Shown here one piece after another: positions 26,593 to 33,839 of a stretch of DNA of 33,839 nucleotides. The notes under the pieces are model-generated. The model was not told the origin of the DNA, ran no database searches, and was given only the letters and a program-made list of their open reading frames with translations. The stretch lies in the sequence record SRR20825006_1198; one strand, written 5' to 3'. The position numbers and the translations under genes are program-made. Positions within the stretch are counted from its first letter, which is position 1; every line of letters starts with the position of its first letter.

Positions 26593-27080
26593 TAGTTTCT
26601 CAATGAGTTTTTTATTTGTTGCCCGCGTGCGCTGCGGATGATCTCTGGAGTTGCCACATTTAACCAGGCGTAAAGCGAGGCATCAGATTTTGCAATAATC
26701 TTTTGTTGGCCAATAATCACTTTAGTTGCTTGGGCAACCGTTAACATTAAGCGAGTGCTGTTGCGCTTGGTTTGGCGCTTTATAAAGCCATTTTCGTGCT
26801 CATCATCCCAACCTAGCATATCACTTAAAGCCTCTATCTTGCGTACTTGATCTATCGAAGCCCAGATACCACCACGGCGAAGTGGAGGAAGAGGCTCGCC
26901 TTTCTGAGTAGCTTTAAGCTTATCTATTAAATCATTGGCTTCGCGATAGCTCAAATCCTTACAGCTTTCAGCGCCGTAAAAATTAGCAAGCAGATTTTCG
27001 TAAAACGTACGATCATCACCCCACATCGCTCTGCGAGTGGCATGAATAGATTTAATTTGCCAAGGTTGGATGGGTTTCAT
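26592..27080 (-). CDS. GemA / Mu gp16-like (DUF1018) protein
   Basis: QIKSIH...SCKDLSYREANDLID...QVRKIEAL...LTVAQATKVI. Confidence 0.75.
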   Translation of the reverse strand: MKPIQPWQIKSIHATRRAMWGDDRTFYENLLANFYGAESCKDLSYREANDLIDKLKATQKGEPLPPLRRGGIWASIDQVRKIEALSDMLGWDDEHENGFIKRQTKRNSTRLMLTVAQATKVIIGQQKIIAKSDASLYAWLNVATPEIIRSARGQQIKNSLRN

Positions 27081-27081
27081 T

Positions 27082-27393
27082 TTAAATTCTCCCGGTAAAA
27101 AAGAACTTGATTAGCTTTGGCAGGAGTCTCCCAACTTGCTTTCTGGTTAAATGCATTCTTGTGGTAAGTGACACTTCTTTTGGGATTGGATAATCCACCC
27201 ATCCATTAAGAGTAAACGGGGCAATTCCATGCTCAATGGCATCCTTAGCCATAATCTTTGGGTCTGCAGAGTCAACCCCAAGCCATATTGTATCTTCAAA
27301 TGCCATAGAAGATTTTTGCAAAGAACATTTAGTTTGGTAGCGATCCTTAAATTCATACAAGCCAAAACCTCTATTTGTTTGTGCCTTTTCCAT
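27082..27393 (-). CDS. Conserved phage protein
   Basis: TNRGF...FKDRY...CSLQKSS...IWLG...RMHLTR motif common in phages. Confidence 0.75.
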   Translation of the reverse strand: MEKAQTNRGFGLYEFKDRYQTKCSLQKSSMAFEDTIWLGVDSADPKIMAKDAIEHGIAPFTLNGWVDYPIPKEVSLTTRMHLTRKQVGRLLPKLIKFFFTGRI

Positions 27394-27410
27394 ATCCTTA
27401 ATTCCTTTTT
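27391..27410 (-). repeat. 20-bp direct repeat, copy 1 (AAAAAGGAATTAAGGATATG)
   Basis: Identical to 27632-27651; contains stop, RBS and start. Confidence 0.85.
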
Positions 27411-27634
27411 GAATCTTTTAAATAACTACGGTAAAGTTTGCGCATTTGCTTTCTATCTATTTTTCGCGCGTAAAGTCTTTCGTACTGGCCTTTCAATTGA
27501 GCATAAGTCAGCACTACTTTTTCAGCTACCGAAGCTTTACGGGCTTTCCTAGCTGCTTTTCTTTCTTCAACCGAGCGGTTCAATTGCTCTAACTCACTTT
27601 CTGGATGGTGTAATTCTCCTAGTGGTTCTTTCAT
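27398..27634 (-). CDS. Hypothetical basic protein
   Basis: 78 aa, bounded by the 20-bp direct repeats. Confidence 0.7.
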   Translation of the reverse strand: MKEPLGELHHPESELEQLNRSVEERKAARKARKASVAEKVVLTYAQLKGQYERLYARKIDRKQMRKLYRSYLKDSKRN

Positions 27635-27651
27635 ATCCTTAATTCCTTTTT
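27632..27651 (-). repeat. 20-bp direct repeat, copy 2
   Basis: Identical to 27391-27410. Confidence 0.85.
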
Positions 27652-27899
27652 ATAGTTGCAGTTCGTTCGCCGCCAGACATCAATCCCAAGTCGATAGCAA
27701 TAGCATCGGCATGGAATTGTGCAGCAGCTTTATCCTTACCCGTGGTATCTAGCACATGTCCTTTTTTAGCAATCTCCACTACTATGCCAAACTCCACATT
27801 CTTTATATCGTCTAGCGTAACCAACCGGGCGCAGTACACGCGATCAGCGTTGCTCAAATCAATAACATTACCCGATATGGTTACGAAGAGGTTTTTCAT
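27639..27899 (-). CDS. Hypothetical protein
   Basis: 86 aa, ATGA overlap with the upstream gene. Confidence 0.7.
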   Translation of the reverse strand: MKNLFVTISGNVIDLSNADRVYCARLVTLDDIKNVEFGIVVEIAKKGHVLDTTGKDKAAAQFHADAIAIDLGLMSGGERTATIKRN

Positions 27900-28351
27900 T
27901 GCGCAGCCATCTTTCTCATTTCGCGAGATACATCAATTTTCACTTTAGCAATTTTGATGATGGTGTTAACCTGGCTATTAATCTCTTTCGCTTGTGGAAG
28001 AAACTTAGGATCGCTTTTTAGCTTCTCAATATTAGCGATCAGCACATCTTCTAACGATGTCATTTTATTAGCATTCGCAGTTAACGAAGCTTGCTCTACG
28101 GCAACCACTTCATCATTCCTAACCTCACCAGCTACAGGTAGTAACTCATCTAGTGTAGCCTCCAAGCCCTCTAGCGTTGTCACTACTGGGTGAGTGTCGG
28201 TATTAATTTTAACTACGCTTTTGGTAGGATTAGCTCCTGTCTCTACGATTAATCCACGCACCGTAATAGTGCGGGCACGATATATAAAAGTCTTACCCAT
28301 AACGCCATCTAATCGGCGCTGTATTTTCGAATCAATTGTCATTGTGTCCAT
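27896..28351 (-). CDS. Hypothetical protein, partner of the HNH gene
   Basis: C-terminal L..NIEKL...AKEIN..VNTII..AKV.ID helix, a pattern I associate with genes next to this HNH type. Confidence 0.7.
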   Translation of the reverse strand: MDTMTIDSKIQRRLDGVMGKTFIYRARTITVRGLIVETGANPTKSVVKINTDTHPVVTTLEGLEATLDELLPVAGEVRNDEVVAVEQASLTANANKMTSLEDVLIANIEKLKSDPKFLPQAKEINSQVNTIIKIAKVKIDVSREMRKMAAQ

Positions 28352-29309
28352 CTCGTATTACTCGCTTTAGTTTATAGTTTGCCCTAGCTACTCGAATTAA
28401 TTCTGGTTCGTTCGCTAGAATGTGTTTTCTAAGCTCTTTATCACCATAGCTCAACCATGCAGCAATGGTGTTATCTGTGAAGTATTTAGGACCTACTTGT
28501 CGCTCATCCATTGTTTGGAGCGATTTCTCCCAGTTACGATTGCGCTGCACATGCTCCTGGCGGGTAATCGCCTCTAGGTTGTCTGGGTTGCAGTTCAAGC
28601 TGTTACCATCCTTCATTACTACAATGTGCTCTGCAGGAATCACCCCTATATGCTTCTCGTACATGTAACGGTGGTATTCTTGCCATTCGCCTACACCAAT
28701 TCTGATCCACAAATAGTTATTACCATTCGAGTCTTTTCGAAGAGAGATCGCACCGTCAAACTTTGCATTCGCAGGCACATTCCCTTTTTTAAATCTCGTT
28801 TTTTTGCTACGCTCAATAGCCTCTGGGCTCATATACTCTTCTTGCTTTAAGCCTTTATTACCTGGCACATGCCCCTTCTTAAAGCGATGCCCAAGTCCTG
28901 AACTAGCTAACTTCTTCCCAGCAGCTTTCAATTGCTTCGCCAAAAAAGCATCCGATTTATGAACTCCAATCTTAAACGCCACATTGTACAATCCAGTCAG
29001 GTTCTTACCAGGCAGCATGGCTAATATTTTATCATTGTCAGTGTCTGGGTAATACTTCTTTACAATGGCAGATTCTTCCTCCGTCCAAAAGCGATTGCTA
29101 TCAACCAAACCTTCGCGCTGGCGATATGCCTTAATAGAAGAAATAGTTCGTCCTAACTCACCCGCTAACTCAGCATCATTCATACTTTCCCAATTCATTC
29201 TCACAAATCGTTCTTCGTCAGGGGTATACGCACGATTGTAGCCACGCTTTCGCGTAGACTTTATCCGTGGTATATCCTTGCGATCTACAAGTTTGATTTC
29301 AGAATCCAT
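28332..29309 (-). CDS. HNH endonuclease with N-terminal DNA-binding repeats
   Basis: HRYMYE...KDGNSLNCNPDNLE...HVQRN; two YT/WT.EE repeats; two FKKG.VP.N repeats. Confidence 0.85.
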   Translation of the reverse strand: MDSEIKLVDRKDIPRIKSTRKRGYNRAYTPDEERFVRMNWESMNDAELAGELGRTISSIKAYRQREGLVDSNRFWTEEESAIVKKYYPDTDNDKILAMLPGKNLTGLYNVAFKIGVHKSDAFLAKQLKAAGKKLASSGLGHRFKKGHVPGNKGLKQEEYMSPEAIERSKKTRFKKGNVPANAKFDGAISLRKDSNGNNYLWIRIGVGEWQEYHRYMYEKHIGVIPAEHIVVMKDGNSLNCNPDNLEAITRQEHVQRNRNWEKSLQTMDERQVGPKYFTDNTIAAWLSYGDKELRKHILANEPELIRVARANYKLKRVIRDGHNDN

Positions 29310-29458
29310 TACTCAACTCCATGCATTTCTGAAGCTCTAGGCGGATATTCATCCATTACGTCATCGGCATAGCTTGCAACCGCAAACATTGCTGACAGCG
29401 CAAATCCAAGCATAAAAGCCACAAAAGCGATCGGTATAATCCAAAGTACATGTATCAT
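29309..29458 (-). CDS. Small single-pass membrane protein, 49 aa (not in the ORF track)
   Basis: GAGGAA RBS; MIHVLWIIPIAFVAFMLGFALSAMFAVAS...; TAATG coupling to the HNH gene. Confidence 0.7.
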   Translation of the reverse strand: MIHVLWIIPIAFVAFMLGFALSAMFAVASYADDVMDEYPPRASEMHGVE

Positions 29459-29485
29459 TGTCGTTCCTCGTTTATTTAGGGTTTA

Positions 29486-29584
29486 TTAGTAGGTGTTAGC
29501 AATTAGCGCCACTACCTCTTCTAAAGTCGGTTGGTAATCTTCAAATAATATTTTATGGGCGATATCAGGATTAGAATTACTCAT
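29486..29584 (-). CDS. Possible 32-aa protein
   Basis: ATG overlaps the upstream gene end; MSNSNPDIAHKILFEDYQPTLEEVVALIANTY*. Confidence 0.4.
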   Translation of the reverse strand: MSNSNPDIAHKILFEDYQPTLEEVVALIANTY

Positions 29585-30701
29585 CGCCAGCCTCAGTACC
29601 ATTAACAAAAGCCTCTAGGTTATTCTCACGAATCACTTTTAAACTAGCATCCATTAACTGATGGATGCTTCGCAACTCCTGGCCTAGCACTGGGTATTCC
29701 ATACCTGGCAAGTCTTTTATTTGTGAAATGGCTTGATTAAAATCCAATAAGCGAGAATGAGCTTCTGCTAAACGACTCTTAATCGCTTCAAATTCAGTAC
29801 TACGGCTACCGTACAAATCTTTATACTTCTTACCCGCTTCCGCGTCTCTAGTAGCTTGGTCCGCTTCAGCAATTGCCTTATCGCGCTCTTTAGCAGTACG
29901 ATCTAATTCAGACTCCAATTCTTGCTGGTATTCTTTATGGCGGGCTAACTGCTCAGTCAATTCCTTTGAAGTAGATTGACTCACTTCATCCAAATCTAAC
30001 TCCGTTCCATCAGCAAGTATCACAATTTTATTCGATACAACCTCGCTAAAATCAGCATCTTCTAATTTAGAAAGCTCTAATAATTTCTTAACACCTAAAC
30101 GCGCTAAACCTTGCGAGTCGTCGCTTTTAGTTTGTGCACTAAGTGCACTTTCAGTTGAGAGCTCAGGTAAGTAAGGGGCAAATTTACGCCCAATCGCTAA
30201 GTAATCATTAGCAGTTCGTAGGCTAAAAGGTAGATGCTTTTCTGCGTACTCCTTAAAAGACGAAGCACCAAGCGCTAAATATAACTTCTCATCACTCATC
30301 TTCTTTAAAATCAATGCAGTATCTAATACATTATTCTGCAAGACATGGTGTAAAAACTCAGCAAGTTCGCGCTGTTGGGTACTTACCTTTACAAAATCAC
30401 CAGCTTCAGCATCGTACACCGATCCTAAATGCTTCACATCACCCACAACCACATCAGTAGTTTCATTTATACCTACCTCGATCTGTGCTTTAGGCTTTTG
30501 CGTAGAAAAAGAAGCTGCTGTTAATTTACTCAGCCCGTCCTTCTCAATAGCAGATAACACCATTTTTGCTTCAGCATTCGTCAAGTCGCTAAATGGCTCA
30601 AAGTGGTTAGTTACATGCCCAGCAATAGAAGACTGTATACCAGGTAGCATTTGTTCAGCCCTGGCTATATCCATTAAAGCATCAATGTTTTTAGTACTCA
30701 T
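29577..30701 (-). CDS. DUF3102-like protein with a C-terminal coiled coil
   Basis: KLYLALGASSFKEYAEKHLPFSLRTANDYLAI motif. Confidence 0.65.
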   Translation of the reverse strand: MSTKNIDALMDIARAEQMLPGIQSSIAGHVTNHFEPFSDLTNAEAKMVLSAIEKDGLSKLTAASFSTQKPKAQIEVGINETTDVVVGDVKHLGSVYDAEAGDFVKVSTQQRELAEFLHHVLQNNVLDTALILKKMSDEKLYLALGASSFKEYAEKHLPFSLRTANDYLAIGRKFAPYLPELSTESALSAQTKSDDSQGLARLGVKKLLELSKLEDADFSEVVSNKIVILADGTELDLDEVSQSTSKELTEQLARHKEYQQELESELDRTAKERDKAIAEADQATRDAEAGKKYKDLYGSRSTEFEAIKSRLAEAHSRLLDFNQAISQIKDLPGMEYPVLGQELRSIHQLMDASLKVIRENNLEAFVNGTEAGDE

Positions 30702-30934
30702 AGCTCATTCTCCAAATCGTATTGTTTTAATTGTCTAAAATTCAGTGTAGCCTCTTCAGGTCGGTATCTTCGCACTAAGCCATTCAAGTCAACCACGGCT
30801 TTATACAGCCAGCCGTTTTCTTCTTTTTGGAAGAGCAACCCATTATGCTGATGCTCTTTAAAGTGGTAGCCTTGGGCTTTTAATCCAGCTTCAGCGCCGT
30901 TCAAGTCTTGTCGTAATTCAATTTGTATAGCCAT
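30698..30934 (-). CDS. Hypothetical protein
   Basis: Start placed at ATG 30934, just after the upstream stop (track start 31009). Confidence 0.55.
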   Translation of the reverse strand: MAIQIELRQDLNGAEAGLKAQGYHFKEHQHNGLLFQKEENGWLYKAVVDLNGLVRRYRPEEATLNFRQLKQYDLENEL

Positions 30935-30935
30935 A

Positions 30936-31316
30936 TCAGTGGTGTAAGATTTCAAATTCAGCATCTTGCACACGCTCAATGCTATGGGTGGTGTGGAGGA
31001 TTCCTCCATGTATAGGGCGCAGCGGCTGCTCTTTTAGCTGGCTTAATTTATAGAAGTGAGCATGCACCGCTTGGCGGGTTACCCCAAAGCGCAGCGCAAT
31101 TTTAGCAGCACTATCACCCCAATCTTTGTAATGGCTCCAAAGCAAATGCTCATCGCCAAAATCGAACAAGAACGGTTTAGTAGTTACTTCATTAGCTTTT
31201 AAAATGCGGTCTACCTGACGGCGGCTACAGCCTAAACGCTCAGCAATACACTCCGGGTGGAACCCCGTCAACGCCATACAAACAACAGCCTCATGATTTA
31301 GTTTAGCATTAGGCAT
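30936..31316 (-). CDS. Tandem HTH DNA-binding protein
   Basis: IAERLGCSRRQVDRIL and IALRFGVTRQAVHAHF; start placed at ATG 31316. Confidence 0.7.
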   Translation of the reverse strand: MPNAKLNHEAVVCMALTGFHPECIAERLGCSRRQVDRILKANEVTTKPFLFDFGDEHLLWSHYKDWGDSAAKIALRFGVTRQAVHAHFYKLSQLKEQPLRPIHGGILHTTHSIERVQDAEFEILHH

Positions 31317-31530
31317 TGCTAGTCTCCAAATTATCAAATGGCTCTTGAAGCAATTCCCAACCAAAGCTCAAAAATTGAACGCTACGCCCTTTTTGCACTA
31401 CCGTTCTATTGCGTCTTTTTTCTACTACTTTCCACCAAGTTTTTTTGGTTGGAAATTTCACTTGCTGCCCCACTCTAACATCTCCAGCTTTTACTTTTTG
31501 AAGAATGGATGTTTCTTTAGCTACGCTCAC
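31309..31530 (-). CDS. Hypothetical small basic beta protein
   Basis: 73 aa, GTGA overlap with the upstream gene. Confidence 0.6.
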   Translation of the reverse strand: MSVAKETSILQKVKAGDVRVGQQVKFPTKKTWWKVVEKRRNRTVVQKGRSVQFLSFGWELLQEPFDNLETSNA

Positions 31531-32000
31531 AGCGCCATCTCCGTTTGGTGTAGTTGATGTTTCTGTGCACGGCGGCGAATATTCTCAGAATCGCCAATAT
31601 GCTTACGCATCAATTCATCAAGCTCATTCAAAACCTCTTCACTTGGCGAGCTCACAAATTTCATTAGTTTGCTCATTAAGTCATGGAACTCAGAACCGTA
31701 TTGGGTCAAATCCATTTTAGGATTGGTTCCTTTTTGAATGCCTCTAGGCATCGAAATTACCAAATGGCCTGTTTGGCGAGCAATCCAATTAAGGATCGTA
31801 TAATCCTTCGTAAAGTTCATTACAGGCACACTTTCAATCACCGAGAGCTTCGGTTTATCAGTCTCACTCGCTATTCGGGTAAGATTATTATATCCAATCG
31901 CCGTTTGGGCGGCTATATCTTCAATCGAGCAGTCCGAATGATGGATCGTATTAAAGATGATTCGCTCGATTGGAAAATGACTACTGTTTTTTTTACACAT
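31527..32000 (-). CDS. Phage regulatory CII-family protein (186 CII / CP76-like)
   Basis: IEDIAAQTAIGYNNL...KLSVIE...TKDYTILNWIARQTGHLVI; follows the Cro-like gene. Confidence 0.7.
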   Translation of the reverse strand: MCKKNSSHFPIERIIFNTIHHSDCSIEDIAAQTAIGYNNLTRIASETDKPKLSVIESVPVMNFTKDYTILNWIARQTGHLVISMPRGIQKGTNPKMDLTQYGSEFHDLMSKLMKFVSSPSEEVLNELDELMRKHIGDSENIRRRAQKHQLHQTEMAL

Positions 32001-32046
32001 GGCAACGTATTCGGTTAATAATTGTCCTTCATTTTTTAATTGTAAA

Positions 32047-32091
32047 CCATGTTTTCAGCGCTTATTTTGTACCAGTCGCTGACAAACATGG
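32047..32091 (-). terminator. Long stem-loop between the Cro-like and CII-like genes
   Basis: CCATGTTTGTCAGCG-N16-CGCTGAAAACATGG, 14-bp stem with one bulge, followed by TTT. Confidence 0.5.
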
Positions 32092-32092
32092 G

Positions 32093-32338
32093 TTAAACAG
32101 CGACTTTTTGAGAAGCGCGCTGCTTCGATAATTTGATTATGAGGCTCTCGAAGTGAGCCATCGAGCTAGGTGTTAAACTCTTTAACCGAGTAACCACAGC
32201 TGGTTCGCTGATTTCTTCGTGCTCCGCTATTTCAACCTGGCACACCTGGTGGGCCAGCATCATCTGTCGCAAGCGCTTCTCTTGAGCAGTCATAAATCTC
32301 TTTTCTCGTTTCGGTTTTTCCGATTTTTTTACAGACAT
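32093..32338 (-). CDS. Cro/Ner-like HTH regulator
   Basis: QVEIAEHEEISEPAVVTRL HTH; divergent from the repressor. Confidence 0.65.
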   Translation of the reverse strand: MSVKKSEKPKREKRFMTAQEKRLRQMMLAHQVCQVEIAEHEEISEPAVVTRLKSLTPSSMAHFESLIIKLSKQRASQKVAV

Positions 32339-32406
32339 AAGTACACGGGATTAAAATTTTTGATTGTATTATTAATTAAGAACTGAATTTATAATAACTC
32401 ACAAAC

Positions 32407-32841
32407 GTGAATAAATCAACAAAAAAACTTGCAGATGCGAATGTTTTTTTAGATAGGATAAAAGAGGCGTATAACCTTGGTTCTGATGCTGAATTAGCCC
32501 GTTTTCTTAAGACTGGCACGTCTTCTATATCTACGTGGAGGAAGAGAAATTCTTTAAAAGCTGGGGATTTACTCACATACGTGAGCGAATTAAATACAAA
32601 CTGGCTTTTCCACGGTGAAAAACCAATTTGGAAAGAAGACCAGGTTAATGATCCAGAGGTAATGTATCAGGCTGTTCAAAATAAGATAGATAGCTTTGTA
32701 ATTCGCGCATTGGCTCAATTAGAAGCTGCAGACGTACCAGACGCGGAAAAGAAGAAGATTGCGCAAGGACTTCTGCGAATTGCCCGTGAAGAGCTTGCAA
32801 AGATAGATTCTGAGGAGATTGAAGGGGATGATCAGGCATAG
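32407..32841 (+). CDS. Prophage repressor (186-type CI HTH, Phage_CI_repr)
   Basis: LDRIKEAYNLGSDAELARFL...ISTWRKRNS...NWLFHGE; no S24 peptidase domain. Confidence 0.85.
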   Translation: MNKSTKKLADANVFLDRIKEAYNLGSDAELARFLKTGTSSISTWRKRNSLKAGDLLTYVSELNTNWLFHGEKPIWKEDQVNDPEVMYQAVQNKIDSFVIRALAQLEAADVPDAEKKKIAQGLLRIAREELAKIDSEEIEGDDQA

Positions 32842-32903
32842 CACAACGTATTTTTACTCTTAAATATAAAACAGGGAGTGACAGTTTTTGTCACCTTATA
32901 AAT

Positions 32904-33329
32904 ATGAATTGGAAAAAGCTCTTAGGTTTAGAAAAGCCAATAAAAGAAAATGTTCCCAAGATTCAATCTAGGTTTCCAGAAGAAGTGCTTAATTACCCAG
33001 GTCAAAATCATACCGCTTGGGATTTAATCGAATCTAAAGAATACTATAAAGCCTATTTATTACTATTGGAAGCCGCGTTTATCAATGGTCAAGGAAAGCA
33101 TGTCTTTAGTAAATTTAAGGGCAACATCTTCCTAGATGCTGGTAGAAAAATAACACCAGCCACACTAAACGGCCTAAAAACCTGTATAGAGGAGCTTAAT
33201 TTATCACAGGCAGAGGTACATCGTAACTTTGTTCACATAAATACAGCCACTCATCATCAATACGATTTTCCACTACATCCTCAAGACATTTGGCACGATC
33301 ATTTAAACCAGGAATTATTCAAACAATAA
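32904..33329 (+). CDS. Hypothetical protein, probably expressed in the lysogen
   Basis: 141 aa, co-oriented with the repressor. Confidence 0.7.
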   Translation: MNWKKLLGLEKPIKENVPKIQSRFPEEVLNYPGQNHTAWDLIESKEYYKAYLLLLEAAFINGQGKHVFSKFKGNIFLDAGRKITPATLNGLKTCIEELNLSQAEVHRNFVHINTATHHQYDFPLHPQDIWHDHLNQELFKQ

Positions 33330-33341
33330 TGGAGTACATAG

Positions 33342-33611
33342 ATGACTTATTTAATAATTTGGTTGGTATTCGGAGTAATAGCAGGCTTAATTGGCAGTTC
33401 TCGTGGAGATAATGGCTGTGGCTGGTTTATTATTGGGGTGATCCTAGGTCCAATAGGCATTCTTTTCTCATTCTTCGCAAAAAGTAAAGATCAGCAGGAA
33501 TTAACCCGGGCAAGAAAAGGCCGTTCAAAAAAGCTCAAGATTTGTCCTCAATGTGCTGAGTCTGTGCAGAAGATGGCTAATGTGTGTAAGCATTGTGGGC
33601 ATAATTTTTAG
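33342..33611 (+). CDS. Two-TM membrane protein with a C-terminal zinc ribbon
   Basis: GWFIIGVILGPIGIL and CPQCAE...CKHCG; GGAG RBS. Confidence 0.8.
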   Translation: MTYLIIWLVFGVIAGLIGSSRGDNGCGWFIIGVILGPIGILFSFFAKSKDQQELTRARKGRSKKLKICPQCAESVQKMANVCKHCGHNF

Positions 33612-33704
33612 TCAGATCATTTAATTAGCTCAAAATTAAAGCATATATTAAATCGCGTGTAAAAGAGATTAAACACAATTCACTCAAAATGCTCAGCGCT
33701 TCAA

Positions 33705-33776
33705 ATGTCCATGAAACTGTCTTTTTTATACTTAGTTTGTTGTAATTGCTTATAACATATAATACACCCCCTTACA
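33705..33776 (-). repeat. Prophage end (repressor side), putative transposase-binding region
   Basis: Minus strand reads TGTAAGGGGG...AATTACAACAAAC (33747-33735)...GTTTCATGGACAT (33717-33705). Confidence 0.75.
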
Positions 33777-33779
33777 TAA
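33777..33779 (+). repeat. Target-site duplication, right copy (TAA)
   Basis: Matches 28-30. Confidence 0.55.
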
Positions 33780-33839
33780 TGAAGATGCAGTAATTACGAT
33801 AGATGGGATCGTTTATGAAGACATTGAACCTTTTAAACA
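33780..33839 (+). pseudogene. Downstream part of a host ORF apparently interrupted by the prophage (upstream part at 2-30)
   Basis: Joining 2-30 to 33780-33839 gives an open frame FFYAINVHYNEDAVITIDGIVYEDIEPFK. It is short, so only supportive. Confidence 0.45.

Larger units (their letters stand above)
31..33776 (-). mobile_element. Complete Mu-like transposable prophage (siphovirus-type tail, PBSX-like head)
   Basis: Ends TGTA(31)...TACA(33776). AATTACAACAAAC at 60-72 and its reverse complement at 33735-33747, each 29 bp from its end. Flanking direct repeat TAA. Encodes a DDE transposase, AAA ATPase, GemA-, DUF3164- and Mor-like genes plus full head and tail modules. Confidence 0.9.

Noticed and set aside
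478-32018. Many + strand ORFs in the track (e.g. 13432-13992, 14467-14856, 22408-22788)
   Set aside because: They are antisense shadows of well-supported minus-strand genes and have no recognisable motifs.
33309-33329. QELFKQ shared between the 141-aa protein C-terminus and the 52-aa ORF
   Set aside because: A six-residue match with no flanking similarity; probably coincidence.
1-33839. CRISPR array, tRNA, DGR (reverse transcriptase, TR/VR) or invertible tail-fibre segment
   Set aside because: No regularly spaced repeats, cloverleaf, RT motifs or invertase were seen.

Overview
The window holds what appears to be one complete, ~33.7 kb Mu-like (transposable) prophage, from 31 to 33776. It has TGTA...TACA termini and an identical 13-bp motif placed 29 bp inside each end in inverted orientation. 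It is flanked by a short direct repeat (TAA; TAATG is the alternative reading) and apparently interrupts a host reading frame. From the right end: two lysogeny-side accessory genes and a 186-type CI repressor (+ strand). Then comes a long minus-strand unit: Cro/Ner-like, CII-like, small accessory genes, DUF3102-like, HNH, GemA/gp16-like, MuA-like DDE transposase, MuB-like AAA ATPase, MazG-like, DUF3164 and a Mor/C-like activator. The late region follows: terminases, a PBSX-type portal, a MuF head protein fused to an R-S-E ADP-ribosyltransferase, an XkdF-like protease/scaffold, major capsid, a signal-peptide protein between two hairpins, neck genes, a lysis cassette (DUF5675 plus holin), paralogous tail-tube-like genes, a tail chaperone with a -1 frameshift, tape measure, tail tip and an SGNH-hydrolase tail protein. 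Main points of interest: (1) a MuF-ART toxin with no downstream immunity gene, whose C-terminal extension follows a motif ([ILVF]-[QE]-K-[SA]) that recurs at the ends of the head proteins and may be a maturation-protease site; (2) an apparent 3-bp target duplication; (3) a chimera of Mu-type transposition, a 186-type switch and a PBSX-type head; (4) a shared 38-bp late-promoter repeat. All family assignments are from motif recognition by eye, not database searches.
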